Of a stretch of DNA of 64,000 bases, positions 32,576 to 43,922 are shown piece after piece. A program made the translations under genes and the position numbers. Numbering within the stretch: position 1 is the stretch's first letter; each line of letters starts with the position of its first letter. The notes beneath the pieces were generated by a model that was given only the letters and a program-made list of their open reading frames with translations, had not been told where the DNA came from and made no database searches. Source of the stretch: an uncultured Desulfospira sp. (GTDB lineage: Bacteria; Desulfobacterota; Desulfobacteria; Desulfobacterales; Desulfobacteraceae); NCBI GenBank assembly GCA_963663165.1, contig OY760175.1, positions 1,088,001 through 1,152,000 on the forward strand, read 5' to 3'.

Positions 32576-35500
32576 TTGTCATCACCCTTGATCAAGGCGT
32601 CATGTCTGCTTTTGGCAAGCTTCATGATTTCTATTGCAACACGTTCCCGGTTCTCTTTTAAAGCATCAATCCCCGTCAGGGTTAAGGCTTTTTTGATGCG
32701 ACTTCTGATTTTCTTTTGTTTATCGGCATTGGTCCAGAAATCAATGCTGCCGATGCCGGACTGCAGGGTTTCTACAATAACTTCCATAAGGTCTTTCATT
32801 TTTGGTTTTGCGTTGTCGGGAATATCATCACTTCCAAAGGCCACAGTTGCGATATGGTCATAAAACGTGGCCGCCTCTTTTCCCATCCCGTCCTTTCCGG
32901 TCTTTCTGCCTTCAAGGGCCTGGGTTCTCAATTTCTCAAGTTCCTGTGCCAGGGCATCCCAGTTGTCCTGGTATTGCTCGATCAAATTTTCCACCTTTTC
33001 TGAAAGACTTTTGTAAAATGCCGGGTCTTCATCATGGTGGACGGTGCAATGTTTTCGGATGGCATGCTCCATCTCGCTTGCCTTGGCCTCAAAATTGCCT
33101 TTGGCATGCCGGTTCAATTTTTCAATGAAGTCATCGGCCAAAAGCTCCACCGGCGGCACCATAGGGTTGATCCCCAGACTGATCAAATGGGAGTTGATCA
33201 AATCTTTAACCTTGGCACCGGCATCTCCAAGGCTCAGGCTGGTATCCTTATACCGTTCTTTGGTGACGCGCAAAATGTAACCGAACCGTTTGGCAGGTAC
33301 CCGGTAGGGATGGCCTGCAGGGTTGGGCAGAATGATGTCCAGGCTCATGAGAAATTTTTTAAGGTATACATCAAAATCAGCCCGAATTTTTTCATCCTTG
33401 AGCAGGGTCACGGCATCATGGACCACAGCAGCATCGGCTGTGATATCATCAAATTTTCCTTCAATAAAATCTTGTATGTTCTTTATCTTGTGCTGTTTGA
33501 ACAATTGCAGCAGCCTTTGGTATCTTTCTTCCAGCACCGGCATTTCCGAGGCAATGCTTTTAAGTCCCTGGGCCAGTTCCTCCTGCTCGTCGCTTGCCGC
33601 ATACAGGGTTAATGCCTGGGTCAGGTGGTTGGCAAGACCGATATAATCCACAATAAAGCCCCGGTTTTTCCCTTCGGCCACACGGTTGGTGCGTGCGATG
33701 GCCTGAAGCAAAGTGTGTTCCCTGATTTTTTTATCAATGTACATGACCTGCTCAATGGGGGCATCGAACCCGGTCAACAGCATATCGCAGACTATCAGGA
33801 ATGCAATCCCGGTCAGCTCTTTTTCCGGATCATCAAAGTCAAAGGGTTTGCAAAAATTGGCCACGGCATTCCATTTTCTATTCTGTTTCCTGGCCTTGGT
33901 AATATAGGCGGCTTCATTGGTCCCGTCACCTGAAATCATCACGGCCGCCTTTAAAAAACGCATTTTTTTAATCAAAATAAGATCAGGGTCAGCGCAATGC
34001 TTTTCCTTTTGGATTCTATCTTCAAGCGCATCCTCTATGCCGGACTGATAACGGACCGCAGCCAGTTTTGAATGACAGACAACCTGGGCTTTAAATCCGT
34101 TGGGAAAAATATTGTCGATGTAATGCCCCACCAGGTCACTTGCAATGGCCTTGATCCGGGCCTCAGCCTCCAGGATGTCTCCGGTAGCCCCGTACTTTTT
34201 TTTGATGGCCAAAAGTTCTTCTTCTGTCCGGTCTTTGAACATATCTTCAAAGGCGGTTTCAAAGGCATGCTTTTCATTGAGGGCGGCGTCTGCGGTCTTT
34301 CCTTCGTACAGGATCTGCAAGGTAGCCCCGTCATTGACCGCATCCATCAGCCGGTAAGTATCAATGTATTGGCCGAATCTTTTCCAGGTCTTTTTCTCAC
34401 CATGCCGCCAGGCAATCAGGGGGGTGCCTGTAAATGCGATTCTGGCGGCATTGGGAAAGGCCTCTACAATGTTATCCCCAAGATCGGAGCTTTGGGTTCT
34501 GTGGGCCTCATCAATCATCAGCAAAATTCGGTGGGAATCGTTTATGACACCGAATTGTTTTCCCGGGGGCATGGCCTGGTATGTACTTAAGGCCTCAGCC
34601 ACCTGGAGGGGAAGGGGCTCCTCCCTTTGTTGAAATTTATGAACCATGACCATGTTGACATCGGATGTGTCCGTGCCAAGTTCGATTCTCAATTGAGCGG
34701 TATTCTCAATGACATTCACCCGGCCTCCGATCAGAACCGCTGTTTTGGAAAGCTGGGTTTCCAGATCCACACGGTCGTTGACCAAAATAATTTTAAAATC
34801 GCTTAAATCCTTTGAGGCCCGGATGATCCGGGCGACAAATACCATGGTTAAGGACTTTCCGGACCCCTGGGTGTGCCAGACCACCCCGCTGCGCTGGGCC
34901 GGTGTTTTTCCCTTTCTGAGCTGCCCACAAATTTTATTGGCCGCCCGGAACTGCTGATACCTGCAAACCACCTTGATGCGGGTGCCGCTGTCCGTATCCA
35001 TGAAGACTGAACAGGTCCTAAGTATCCGGAGCAGATTGGACTTGTTCAGCATGCCGCTGATCAGTTGCTCCTGCTGATTTTTACCCTCGGCTGTCTTGTC
35101 GTCATGGGGCCATTGGGTTTTCCAGGGAAAAAAGTGTTCTTGTCCCGAGGTAACGGTACCGAAGTCCGCTTCCAGGCCACAGGTTCTGATGAGCAACAGG
35201 TTGGTATGGAAAAGACGGGGTTCCCCCTCTTTTAACCCCTGGTCTGCAGTGGCTTTCCTGCGGTTCATATACCGCTGCAACTGCTCAAAGGCTTCAGCTT
35301 TTGGGTGGGCGCAGGTGGGGCCGCCCTTCTTGCACTCCACCACCGCCAAAGGGATGCCGTTTACAAAAAGAACAATGTCCGGGATGATGAATTGCTTAAC
35401 ACAGCCCGGGGTATCTATTCTAAACTGGTTGACGGCATGGAACTGATTGTTTCCCGGATTCTGAAAGTCGATCAGCTTCACCACCGGGTCCTGCTCACCG

Positions 35501-35826
35501 GTGATTTCATTGACATCGGTCTGGGCTTTAAAGATCAGCTTCTGGACGGCCTCATTGGCTTCCAGAAGGGTGCGGTTGGGCTGCCGCAGGATCTGGTCAT
35601 AAAGGTCGGTGAGCTGTCTTGAGGTCAACCAGGGCCTGCCGTCTGATGTCCGGTTGATATGGTTGACGGCCTGGTCAAATACTTGGGGCAGTACCCATTG
35701 TCTGAAGCTGTTGCGAAGGCTTTTCTCGGGATCATGGGGAATATCCGGCCCCTGATCCACAATTGTCCAGCCCAGCTCTTGAAGCTGCTTTAAAAAAGGT
35801 TGCTCGACTTCTGTGTATTCAGACAT
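32572..35826 (-). CDS. hsdR: Type I restriction endonuclease subunit R
   Basis: PDIVLFVNGIPLAVVECK, WHTQGSGKS, DEAHR, FTGTP, MLLTGFD, QAIARTNR. Confidence 0.96.
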   Translation of the reverse strand: MSEYTEVEQPFLKQLQELGWTIVDQGPDIPHDPEKSLRNSFRQWVLPQVFDQAVNHINRTSDGRPWLTSRQLTDLYDQILRQPNRTLLEANEAVQKLIFKAQTDVNEITGEQDPVVKLIDFQNPGNNQFHAVNQFRIDTPGCVKQFIIPDIVLFVNGIPLAVVECKKGGPTCAHPKAEAFEQLQRYMNRRKATADQGLKEGEPRLFHTNLLLIRTCGLEADFGTVTSGQEHFFPWKTQWPHDDKTAEGKNQQEQLISGMLNKSNLLRILRTCSVFMDTDSGTRIKVVCRYQQFRAANKICGQLRKGKTPAQRSGVVWHTQGSGKSLTMVFVARIIRASKDLSDFKIILVNDRVDLETQLSKTAVLIGGRVNVIENTAQLRIELGTDTSDVNMVMVHKFQQREEPLPLQVAEALSTYQAMPPGKQFGVINDSHRILLMIDEAHRTQSSDLGDNIVEAFPNAARIAFTGTPLIAWRHGEKKTWKRFGQYIDTYRLMDAVNDGATLQILYEGKTADAALNEKHAFETAFEDMFKDRTEEELLAIKKKYGATGDILEAEARIKAIASDLVGHYIDNIFPNGFKAQVVCHSKLAAVRYQSGIEDALEDRIQKEKHCADPDLILIKKMRFLKAAVMISGDGTNEAAYITKARKQNRKWNAVANFCKPFDFDDPEKELTGIAFLIVCDMLLTGFDAPIEQVMYIDKKIREHTLLQAIARTNRVAEGKNRGFIVDYIGLANHLTQALTLYAASDEQEELAQGLKSIASEMPVLEERYQRLLQLFKQHKIKNIQDFIEGKFDDITADAAVVHDAVTLLKDEKIRADFDVYLKKFLMSLDIILPNPAGHPYRVPAKRFGYILRVTKERYKDTSLSLGDAGAKVKDLINSHLISLGINPMVPPVELLADDFIEKLNRHAKGNFEAKASEMEHAIRKHCTVHHDEDPAFYKSLSEKVENLIEQYQDNWDALAQELEKLRTQALEGRKTGKDGMGKEAATFYDHIATVAFGSDDIPDNAKPKMKDLMEVIVETLQSGIGSIDFWTNADKQKKIRSRIKKALTLTGIDALKENRERVAIEIMKLAKSRHDALIKGDDK

Positions 35827-35836
35827 GAATGATTCC

Positions 35837-37006
35837 TTATTCGCTGACCTTTACCTGTACTTGGCCGGTTAGAAGATCGTGCATTAAACCAGATTTTTTA
35901 GACACTATTTTTTTCTTAAAGAGTTCTTCCCTGCTTAATTTATTTTGAACAATACTAAGTGCTTTTCCTATTATTTCTTGCTCTTTTGGAGGTGGACGAT
36001 AGGTTATGATCTTTTTAATATCCCCAACATTGACATGTGGTGATGTAGTGGCCCCTAAGCCAGAAATTACTTGCCGATAAAAGCCTTGAACATTCATGCT
36101 CCACAATAGAAAATCTGGGTCGGTATCATGTGATGGCCTTAGAATCATTACTCTTTGCCCCAAACAAACTGGATCTTCTCCAGCTGGAGAAGCAATTCCT
36201 AGCCTTTCTCCTTCGCGAGAATAAATGATATCCCCCTTTTGGGGAGTTAAACGCTGAATTCTTTTTAAATATGTATTGTAATCTACCTTATAAGCCCGGT
36301 CTATCAATAATTGGCCTATTTCCATGTCCGCAGTTCGAACGCATGGAATACCTTCTTCTGTGTATATCGGAGTTGAGTGGGGACAATCCACTACATCTAC
36401 ACACAATTTATTGATTGGTACTATCTCCCATTGCTGGGGAATCCATCCTATCTGCGTTTCTTTATAAAGCTCCGGGGCCTGCTCCCTTGTCGGCCGAAGT
36501 TTACCGTCAGGTGTCACCCCCCGGGTGAACAGATCATGCATCAGGCCTTGTTTGATTTGCTGGTATTTTTGGATTAGGGCTTCGGTTTTTTCTATGGTTT
36601 GGTCAAGTGACTTTAAAATTTTTGATATCTTCTTCTGATTCTCTCTTCCTGGGTTATGGAACTGAATTTTTGATAACCACTCTCGGCTTATACTGGGAAC
36701 ACCTGTTGCTTCATTGAATTTTGTTAAATCAAAATTCAATAAACAATAATAAAGCAAACGAATATCTACTCGATCTTTGGGTATGACGGCATATGTTGTA
36801 TCAACAGGCCAGAAGGGAGATTCAATTAACTGTGGATTCCCCAATGAACCTTTTCGTGGAACCACTATGGCGGATGGGAACATTGCCCTTTTAGCGTGGC
36901 CATAAATTCCACCTGTTCCTACGATAGGATATGGACCATCCTCTGTTAACACCTCCGATGGAGATTTTCCATAATGAATCGTAGACAAATCGGACAAGCT
37001 ACTCAT
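35837..37006 (-). CDS. hsdS: Type I specificity subunit
   Basis: Two TRDs, [10 protein letters not shown] and [11 protein letters not shown] repeats. ATG overlaps the end of hsdM. Confidence 0.93.
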   Translation of the reverse strand: MSSLSDLSTIHYGKSPSEVLTEDGPYPIVGTGGIYGHAKRAMFPSAIVVPRKGSLGNPQLIESPFWPVDTTYAVIPKDRVDIRLLYYCLLNFDLTKFNEATGVPSISREWLSKIQFHNPGRENQKKISKILKSLDQTIEKTEALIQKYQQIKQGLMHDLFTRGVTPDGKLRPTREQAPELYKETQIGWIPQQWEIVPINKLCVDVVDCPHSTPIYTEEGIPCVRTADMEIGQLLIDRAYKVDYNTYLKRIQRLTPQKGDIIYSREGERLGIASPAGEDPVCLGQRVMILRPSHDTDPDFLLWSMNVQGFYRQVISGLGATTSPHVNVGDIKKIITYRPPPKEQEIIGKALSIVQNKLSREELFKKKIVSKKSGLMHDLLTGQVQVKVSE

Positions 37007-39737
37007 ACCCCAACTCCACCAAAAAGGCATTCAACTGCTCAGATGCCGCATCCCGTTGAGCTTCGATCTCTTTGGCTGTAACCGCATACTTATCCCAAAG
37101 GTTCTCAATGGCCTTGATGCAGGCACGAAGATCAGCCTGAAGATATGCCTTGTAGGTTTCCATAAGGACGGATTGAAGCCGTTCAAGGATAACGTCCCGG
37201 GCTTCATGGGTCGTGATCTTTCCCCTGGCGCTTTCCACAAGCTCATCCCGCTTGTTCTCCGTGGCCTTGATGTTGTCTTTCACCGCCTTGAGTTCATCTT
37301 CCAGGGCATTGTGTCGGGACAATGCCAATGTGATATGCTGGGCGCGGGATCTGGCAAGCTCTCCTGATGTGATGGCCTGCTTTAATGACCCTTCATATCC
37401 GGAATCATGCCCCACTGTCTTGGCCAGCTCAAGAATCCGGTTGCCGTTACAAAACAGGGCCAGGTTCTGGTTAAGCCCTTCTGAACAATAAAAGCCTTTT
37501 GTTTCTCCTTTGGGCAAAAGGCCTGCGGCTTTGATCTCAGCGAATATGTTGCCGGCCAGAGCCTTTAATTCCTTTAAGTGGGCCTTCCACGCTGCATTCA
37601 GCTCTTTGAGGGTCTCTTTTTTTGATTTCACTTCGTCTGCCGGCAGGACACCGGTGTCCTCGGTATCCTCAAAATCCTCTTCGCCGGCCGCACTGAACAG
37701 TGCGAGAAGTTCATCCCTGCGGGCCTTTGCCTGCTCCATCTGCGCCAATACCTCAGGGAACTGGCTTTGAAGAATGTCATCGTCCGGTATCAGCCCGGGT
37801 CCCCAGCCGCTGGCCGCAATGGATTTAAAGTCGGCTTTTAATGTGTTGACGTAATTGGCAAAGGCGCCCCGCACCTGGAAAGCAGTCAACAGATCCTGAT
37901 CTTTGAACGTGTCTGCAATGCTTTCCAGAAGCGTCCTTCGCATAAGGTAGACGTTCCCGGCCCTCTCATGCCGATTTTCCGGATCATTGGCCAAGGCCTG
38001 GACAATGGGCAGATTTTTTTCCCACCAGTCCGAAAGGATGGCCATAAAGGTCTTTTGCCGCAACACGACACCAGGATGATTGGCCACAAATTCAGGGATG
38101 CTGCGTTTATCGGCAATTTCCGGGGCAAGATCCATATAGTCTTTATTTTTGGGGATAAAACAGTCCTGCATCAGTCCCGAATAATTGGACCGGAAATGCT
38201 CCAGGGCATTGATTTCTGCAAGGGGGATACCACCGTGGAGATGGGCCCTGACATCATGGGGTTCCGGCGGCGGGGCATTGTCCACATACCTTCGGATATT
38301 GCAGTTAAACGCCTCTTTCTCAATTTCATCCACAGGAACATTTCTGGCATACCCCGGGGTGTCCACTTTCTCGTGGTAGGTATAGACGATTTTATCGATA
38401 TCCTCGGGTCTAAGATAATTTCTGGCCTTGCCGTCCCGGTATTCCCTGTCCGCATTGATAAACAGGACATGGTCCCTGTCTGTTGCCCCCTCTTTGTTAA
38501 GCACCAGAATACAGGCCGGGATGCCGGTGCCGTAAAACAGGTTGCTTGGCAAACCGATGACCGCTTCAAGATATCCGTTTTGAATAAAGTGCTGCCGGGC
38601 CTCCCGTTCTTCTCCCCCGCGAAACAGGACCCCGTGGGGCATAACCGTGGCAAGCCGTCCGTTATGCCTGGTGACGGCCAGCATGTGCTGGACGAACATA
38701 AGATCTGCTTTTTTGCCTTTTTCCGGCATCATGACAGGAAAACGTCCTGGAAACTGCAACTCTTTCTTTTTATAATTCTGGCTGAAAGGGGGATTGGCAA
38801 GCACCCTGTCAAACCGGGTCAGTTCATTGGTTTCATCCCGGTGAAGGGGTTCTTTTATGGTATCTGCCTGCCGGATATCGGCATGGGAAATACCGTGCAG
38901 CAGCATGTTCATTTTGCAGATGGACCAGGTGGTACCAATGGATTCCTGTCCGTTCAGGGACAATTCACCCGGATCGCCCCCACACTCTCTCAAATAGTCC
39001 CGCGCCTGGATCAGCATGCCCCCGGACCCGATTGTCGGGTCATATATGCTCATGCCTTCCCGGGGATCACAGATCTCCACGCAGATGCGGACCACTTCGG
39101 CAGGGGTGTAAAACTCTCCGGCCTTTTTACCGGCTGAGTCGGCAAAATATTTGATCAGCCATTCATAGGCTGTTCCCAAAAGATCCGGAAACTCAAAGTC
39201 TTCATCTTTGAGGGGGATTTTTTCAAAATTCTGGATAAAATCGGCAAGGGTGTCGTCATCGAGGGTCCGCTGTACGATCTTACGGTTGAAATTGATGCCT
39301 TTAAGGACATCCTGGAGGGCATCAATGTTGGCTTCCTCAATGGCTTCCAGGGCCTTGTTCAGTTGTGTGCCGACATTTTCCTTTACATGTTTTAATGCCG
39401 GGTGGTGGTTTATTTTTGTTTTTCCGGTTTTTTTGTCTTTGACCTGCTCATCCCAGCCGTGGTTCCACCTGGCCCGCCTGGGAACATAAAAATATTTCCC
39501 TGAATAGTTGTCCCGGTCTTCAAGTTCAATTTCGATATCCTCTGAAGACATGCCCAGGGCCTGATTTTCATTTTTTATTTCATCCCGGCGCTGGTCAAAC
39601 AGATCACTGGCCCGTTTTAAAAACAGCATGCCGAATATATATTCTTTATACTCACTGGCATCCATGCTGCCGCGCAGGTCATCACAGGCCGTGAGCAGGA
39701 GATTCTCAAGCTTTGAAAGCGTTAGTTTATTCGCCAT
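36999..39737 (-). CDS. hsdM: Type I N6-adenine methyltransferase with long C-terminal extension
   Basis: [28 protein letters not shown]; about 400 extra helical residues. Confidence 0.95.
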   Translation of the reverse strand: MANKLTLSKLENLLLTACDDLRGSMDASEYKEYIFGMLFLKRASDLFDQRRDEIKNENQALGMSSEDIEIELEDRDNYSGKYFYVPRRARWNHGWDEQVKDKKTGKTKINHHPALKHVKENVGTQLNKALEAIEEANIDALQDVLKGINFNRKIVQRTLDDDTLADFIQNFEKIPLKDEDFEFPDLLGTAYEWLIKYFADSAGKKAGEFYTPAEVVRICVEICDPREGMSIYDPTIGSGGMLIQARDYLRECGGDPGELSLNGQESIGTTWSICKMNMLLHGISHADIRQADTIKEPLHRDETNELTRFDRVLANPPFSQNYKKKELQFPGRFPVMMPEKGKKADLMFVQHMLAVTRHNGRLATVMPHGVLFRGGEEREARQHFIQNGYLEAVIGLPSNLFYGTGIPACILVLNKEGATDRDHVLFINADREYRDGKARNYLRPEDIDKIVYTYHEKVDTPGYARNVPVDEIEKEAFNCNIRRYVDNAPPPEPHDVRAHLHGGIPLAEINALEHFRSNYSGLMQDCFIPKNKDYMDLAPEIADKRSIPEFVANHPGVVLRQKTFMAILSDWWEKNLPIVQALANDPENRHERAGNVYLMRRTLLESIADTFKDQDLLTAFQVRGAFANYVNTLKADFKSIAASGWGPGLIPDDDILQSQFPEVLAQMEQAKARRDELLALFSAAGEEDFEDTEDTGVLPADEVKSKKETLKELNAAWKAHLKELKALAGNIFAEIKAAGLLPKGETKGFYCSEGLNQNLALFCNGNRILELAKTVGHDSGYEGSLKQAITSGELARSRAQHITLALSRHNALEDELKAVKDNIKATENKRDELVESARGKITTHEARDVILERLQSVLMETYKAYLQADLRACIKAIENLWDKYAVTAKEIEAQRDAASEQLNAFLVELGYE

Positions 39738-39873
39738 TATCGGCCGTTCCTTCCCATCAAGTGAGCTCAGATTAAGTGTGCAGATGTCAGGAACACGACA
39801 TCTGATCCAAAAGAAGATATATCTACCAAAAAGTACCGGTATACGGCCAGGCTAAAATAGGACGAAACCTCCT

Positions 39874-42030
39874 TTAGTATGGCAAATCATTGGAATTGAA
39901 TCTGTTTTGGATATACGATGCCACCTCTTGTAAAGGCATTTCAGGGGACGAGTTACCACTTCTGACGTAAAATTTCTCTTGTTTTTGTCCATTTTTATCG
40001 GTAGCCGTTGTATAGAGCGGATTTAAGCCGGGTTTAATTTCCACCAGGCAGATCTCCGTATCATCAATAACCGGGAAACTGATCACCAGATTGTTTTCTG
40101 CAAATTCAACACCATATGCTGAATTGACCAGATTTCTTAAGTGCAGCTCGAATCCGTCTTTTGTACTGTTTTGTAATGTATTGTAATCGTTTTCAAGACC
40201 CACGACTTCCATATCATCGGAAACCCCCATAATCAGGTTCCCGCCCTGGCCGTTGCTGAACGCGGCGATTGTTTTGAGAATCACCTCTTCCAGTTTCTTG
40301 TTTACTTTTTGCTGGTGAATGTCATATCTCAGGGTTGTTTTGAATTCCACATGGTGGGTTTCACCCTGGTTGATCATTTCCTGAATATCCAGATCAACTT
40401 CTGCACTGTCGGTGTCTGTAATTGAATTCAAAAATTCATTCAACTCTGCTGCCAGCATCTTTCTTCTATATTCAAGAAACCGTTCATAGTTTTCCAGTTT
40501 CCAAAGTTCCCTGTCCTCGGGAATGCTTTGAAGGGCCAATGCGCCGGGAAATTTTTCAACAACATCTGACAGGTAGCCTTCTGCAAGTTTTGCACTTTTG
40601 GTTCGATTGGCCACGGCAGTTAAAATTGCCCGGTTGGTAATTTCCTGGGCCAAAGCAAATTTTCTGCGGTTGTTCCAGTCATAACCGTGGGCCTTCAGTA
40701 CCGAATAGGGAAAAATATGATCCCATTCAAGGCCGTATTTTTTGCCCATGTTTTTTCGAATGCTGATACCGGTACTCAAGCATTTGGCATCTTTGCTTTT
40801 AAAATAGAATTTCATCAGATTCCAAAGGGCATGCCTGACGTCAACCCCGATGAACTCATCTTTTTCAATCTCAAGTTTTCGCTCTAAGGCAATAATGTTG
40901 AGCAGCTTGTCAAAGGGATTTTCTTCTTCAACGATAATTTTAAGGTCCTTATCCAGCTTTTGAGGCAATTGGCTGATATACCGCTGCCGGATCTGGGAAT
41001 AATAGAACCACTTGATGGCCTTTTTGATTTCAATTTGGGACAGGTTGTCTTTGCCCTTGTTATAAGCGTAGACAATAATGGGAATGAAGGCGTAGACAGA
41101 ATTCACCTCCTTTGTGTGATCAATATAGGCCTGGCTTTTCATCAAATTAAAGACATAATCCAGAATATCCTTGTCCAACCGGTCCCAGGCGGCCTTAATC
41201 TTCTCCATATTCTCAATGCCGTGGAGCCGCTCCATTTTGGACCCCATGTTGTATAGGACCCCCAAAAGCACGTAGACTATGAAATCCAGCTTTAAAACAA
41301 AACCATTGGTTTCAAGTTCAAAAAGTTTTCTTTTAAACAGCTCCCGGGCTTCGGGCCAGTACCCTGAAATCTGTGCCAGTGCAAGCTCTGCATCAGTAAG
41401 GTTAACGCCGGCAGAATTGACCACATAAAAAATATCAATGGCCTCCTTGATGGTTGCCTTGGTCGGAATAACCTGTTCCTGGAAATCCCTGTCCTTAATC
41501 CTTTCAATAGCCCTGAAGTTATCATCGATAACATTTTCCCGGGATCGGGGGAGACGTTCTCCGCCTAACTGGTTTTCCAGTTGATCGACCACATCCCGGT
41601 ATCTGACTCTCCCTTTAAAAATATCTGAGATGTTGACCCAGACCGGATTCTTTTCCATGATGGTTTTCTTGTAATATTCAAGATCCAGGGTCTCCACATT
41701 CACATAGAGCCCTCTGATATTATGAAGGATTTCATGCTCTTTATAATAGGGCGGAATTTGGTTGGTCATGAGCATGTAAAGGGTTGTGATGCGTTGTTGG
41801 CCATCAAGAATCAATTTAACAGATCCCTGCCGGGGATCATACTTGTGATCCCCTTTTAATTCGGGGGGATTCCCGGTCTCCCAGGTAAGCATGGTCCCGG
41901 TTGGATAATCTTGAATCAACGAGTTAATCAGTTCTTTGGCATCATTTCTTTTCCAGACATATTCACGTTGAAAGGCTGGGACGAAAAGCTGTTTTTCATC
42001 TATTTTATCTAGTATTTGACTGATTTTCAT
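39874..42030 (-). CDS. DUF262 + HNH-like + AlbA_2 (Schlafen-like) fusion, GmrSD-related
   Basis: PAFQREYVW, LDGQQR, F..VNSAG; EWDHIFP..N..N; GETHHVEFK, AAFSNGQGGNLIMGVSD, YVRSGNSS. Confidence 0.85.
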   Translation of the reverse strand: MKISQILDKIDEKQLFVPAFQREYVWKRNDAKELINSLIQDYPTGTMLTWETGNPPELKGDHKYDPRQGSVKLILDGQQRITTLYMLMTNQIPPYYKEHEILHNIRGLYVNVETLDLEYYKKTIMEKNPVWVNISDIFKGRVRYRDVVDQLENQLGGERLPRSRENVIDDNFRAIERIKDRDFQEQVIPTKATIKEAIDIFYVVNSAGVNLTDAELALAQISGYWPEARELFKRKLFELETNGFVLKLDFIVYVLLGVLYNMGSKMERLHGIENMEKIKAAWDRLDKDILDYVFNLMKSQAYIDHTKEVNSVYAFIPIIVYAYNKGKDNLSQIEIKKAIKWFYYSQIRQRYISQLPQKLDKDLKIIVEEENPFDKLLNIIALERKLEIEKDEFIGVDVRHALWNLMKFYFKSKDAKCLSTGISIRKNMGKKYGLEWDHIFPYSVLKAHGYDWNNRRKFALAQEITNRAILTAVANRTKSAKLAEGYLSDVVEKFPGALALQSIPEDRELWKLENYERFLEYRRKMLAAELNEFLNSITDTDSAEVDLDIQEMINQGETHHVEFKTTLRYDIHQQKVNKKLEEVILKTIAAFSNGQGGNLIMGVSDDMEVVGLENDYNTLQNSTKDGFELHLRNLVNSAYGVEFAENNLVISFPVIDDTEICLVEIKPGLNPLYTTATDKNGQKQEKFYVRSGNSSPEMPLQEVASYIQNRFNSNDLPY

Positions 42031-42120
42031 TTTAAAGAGATCCTGTAATTGAATGTGGCAATTAATGAAAATGGGACGCTATTTGCCGTTATTGACTTAG
42101 AACAGATCATCAATCCTATT

Positions 42121-42303
42121 TTATATGAAAGACTCAGCAACCTGTTGAGTTCTTTCAATATTTGTTGTGGGCGGTTCTTGGTTGGATAACCAGGGCGGCC
42201 CGTGGCCGTTATATGAAAGTCCCACTAACATCCTGAGAAGACTCTCAATATTTGTTGTGGGCGGCTCTTGGTTGGATAACCAAAGCGGCTCGTGGCCGTT
42301 ATA
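42121..42303. repeat. Two tandem copies of a ~90-bp two-hairpin repeat (family A)
   Basis: Units 42121-42208 and 42209-42298 share TCAATATTTGTTGTGGGCGGyTCTTGGTTGGATAACCArrGCGGCyCGTGGCCGTTATA. Confidence 0.9.
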
Positions 42304-42481
42304 CGGTATGATTGATGAAGAATTACAGACCCGTTCTTGATCTTTAGCAGGAATGGAAAAAGGTGTAAACCGAATTATGAAAGAGCGCTGCACTGTCGGT
42401 ATTACACCTCATAAAAAACTTTTCGATCATGGTTGTTTCCCTTTTCTCAAATCATTGTAAAGCTATGAATTCTTCTATGGC

Positions 42482-43753
42482 TCAGGCAGCTTCACCACCT
42501 GTTTCTTTAGCGGCCTTATATTCATTATAAGTTCTATCCCAATCTATTCTTGGAAAAGCCGATTTCACAGCCTCCAGAAAATTTTCTTGATTCAGGGTTT
42601 CGTATGTGACGTCTTTATAGCTGACCTGCAAAGACATTTTTCTGATCAATGATTCTGCTACGGGAAAAACCTTGTCCAGCTCGGATTTCAGCCAGCAGGC
42701 TGCATCTTCCTTTGTCGGTCTCCCGGATAAAGACTGACCAATCAGGACGTCCGGCGGTGTGTCCAATGCCCGTTTAATATAATAATCAACCACTTGGCGT
42801 TTTGATTGATCAATCTCTTTTTGTAACTCTTTTTGAATCATATCCTGGTGGTTTGACAATTTATCCTCTAATTGCTCAAGACGCTTTTGCAGGTGCTCTT
42901 TTGCGCCTTTGAGGACGGCCCGGCCATATCCTTTACCCAATGACGGCGTAAGGTCCTTTCGGATCTGGTTCAACTCATCCTCCAGCGGTTTGGATGATAG
43001 TTTGCCCCGTTTTTCGATAAGCTCAAACGTGGTTTTTAATCGGCCTTCTAAATCCCTGGTGCCGCCAAGTTTCTGGATCTGTGGTGGAATCGCAACCCTT
43101 TGGCGCTGGATGGCCGCCCCTGTCAGGCTTAGTTCCACATATTGCAGGTAGGGCTCAAACACCCTTACCTGCCGGGCCACATCGAATTTTGCCGGTGGTG
43201 CCTCTTTCAGGCCTTGATCCACCTGATCAAACATTTGAGCGTCCACCGGACTGAAGTCACTTTCTTCAGGAAGGCTTAAAATTTTCAATTTTTCTGCTTC
43301 ATCCTGGGCCATGGCAACGGCAATGTCCCTGGCGCCGGGTGCTAAGCGGCTCAATGCTTCAATGATTTGATCTTGTGTTAAACGCAGGGCATTGCGGATA
43401 TCTTTACCGGGCTCTGCTTCAAGATACAATGGGGTGGGGGTAAAGGCATAGCCCTGCCCGTCGGCAATAATGAAGGCGCTTCTCAATCCTGCGGCATGGC
43501 GGACAATGATTCCTGCGTTCTTCAGGGTTTCCACGGCATTGATATCCCCATACCCCATGCGCATAACCCGTTCATCAAAGTCAATCCATACGGTGATCAG
43601 ATCAGGTCCTATGGTTTTTGCCGCCTTTTCCATGGCCTTGGCAACAACCGGCTGAACGCCGGGGGCTGAATAACAGATGGGAGATCGGGATCTTTGAATC
43701 AATTGAGCAATCCGTTTTGATGACATGTGACAGAAGAATGAGTCAGAACACAT
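42482..43753 (-). CDS. Hypothetical protein, PLD-like N-terminal fold plus helical C-terminus
   Basis: ICYSAPG, RMGYG, GLRSAFIIADGQGYAFTPT (degenerate HKD position); co-oriented with the RM genes. Confidence 0.75.
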   Translation of the reverse strand: MCSDSFFCHMSSKRIAQLIQRSRSPICYSAPGVQPVVAKAMEKAAKTIGPDLITVWIDFDERVMRMGYGDINAVETLKNAGIIVRHAAGLRSAFIIADGQGYAFTPTPLYLEAEPGKDIRNALRLTQDQIIEALSRLAPGARDIAVAMAQDEAEKLKILSLPEESDFSPVDAQMFDQVDQGLKEAPPAKFDVARQVRVFEPYLQYVELSLTGAAIQRQRVAIPPQIQKLGGTRDLEGRLKTTFELIEKRGKLSSKPLEDELNQIRKDLTPSLGKGYGRAVLKGAKEHLQKRLEQLEDKLSNHQDMIQKELQKEIDQSKRQVVDYYIKRALDTPPDVLIGQSLSGRPTKEDAACWLKSELDKVFPVAESLIRKMSLQVSYKDVTYETLNQENFLEAVKSAFPRIDWDRTYNEYKAAKETGGEAA

Positions 43754-43922
43754 TTTTATCCCCCTTGGAACGAATTGGATTTATGTTAAATATATGATAT
43801 CGAATTTATTTTATAAGTTAGCCGGCCTTTCAGCAAAAGCAAATCGCTTTCCATCAGCGGATCATCTCCATATTTATTTTTCTGTCCTGAGGGGAAAGTT
43901 TAGGAATGTTCCCGTTTCTTGA

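Noticed and set aside
42121..42303. CRISPR mini-array
   Set aside because: The constant part is about 65 bp, the variable parts resemble each other and form hairpins, there are only two units and no cas genes.
42121..42393. ORFs encoding NGHGPPWLSNQEPPTT (also 44279..44491 and 48051..48386)
   Set aside because: These are translations of the family A DNA repeat, with no consistent start or RBS.
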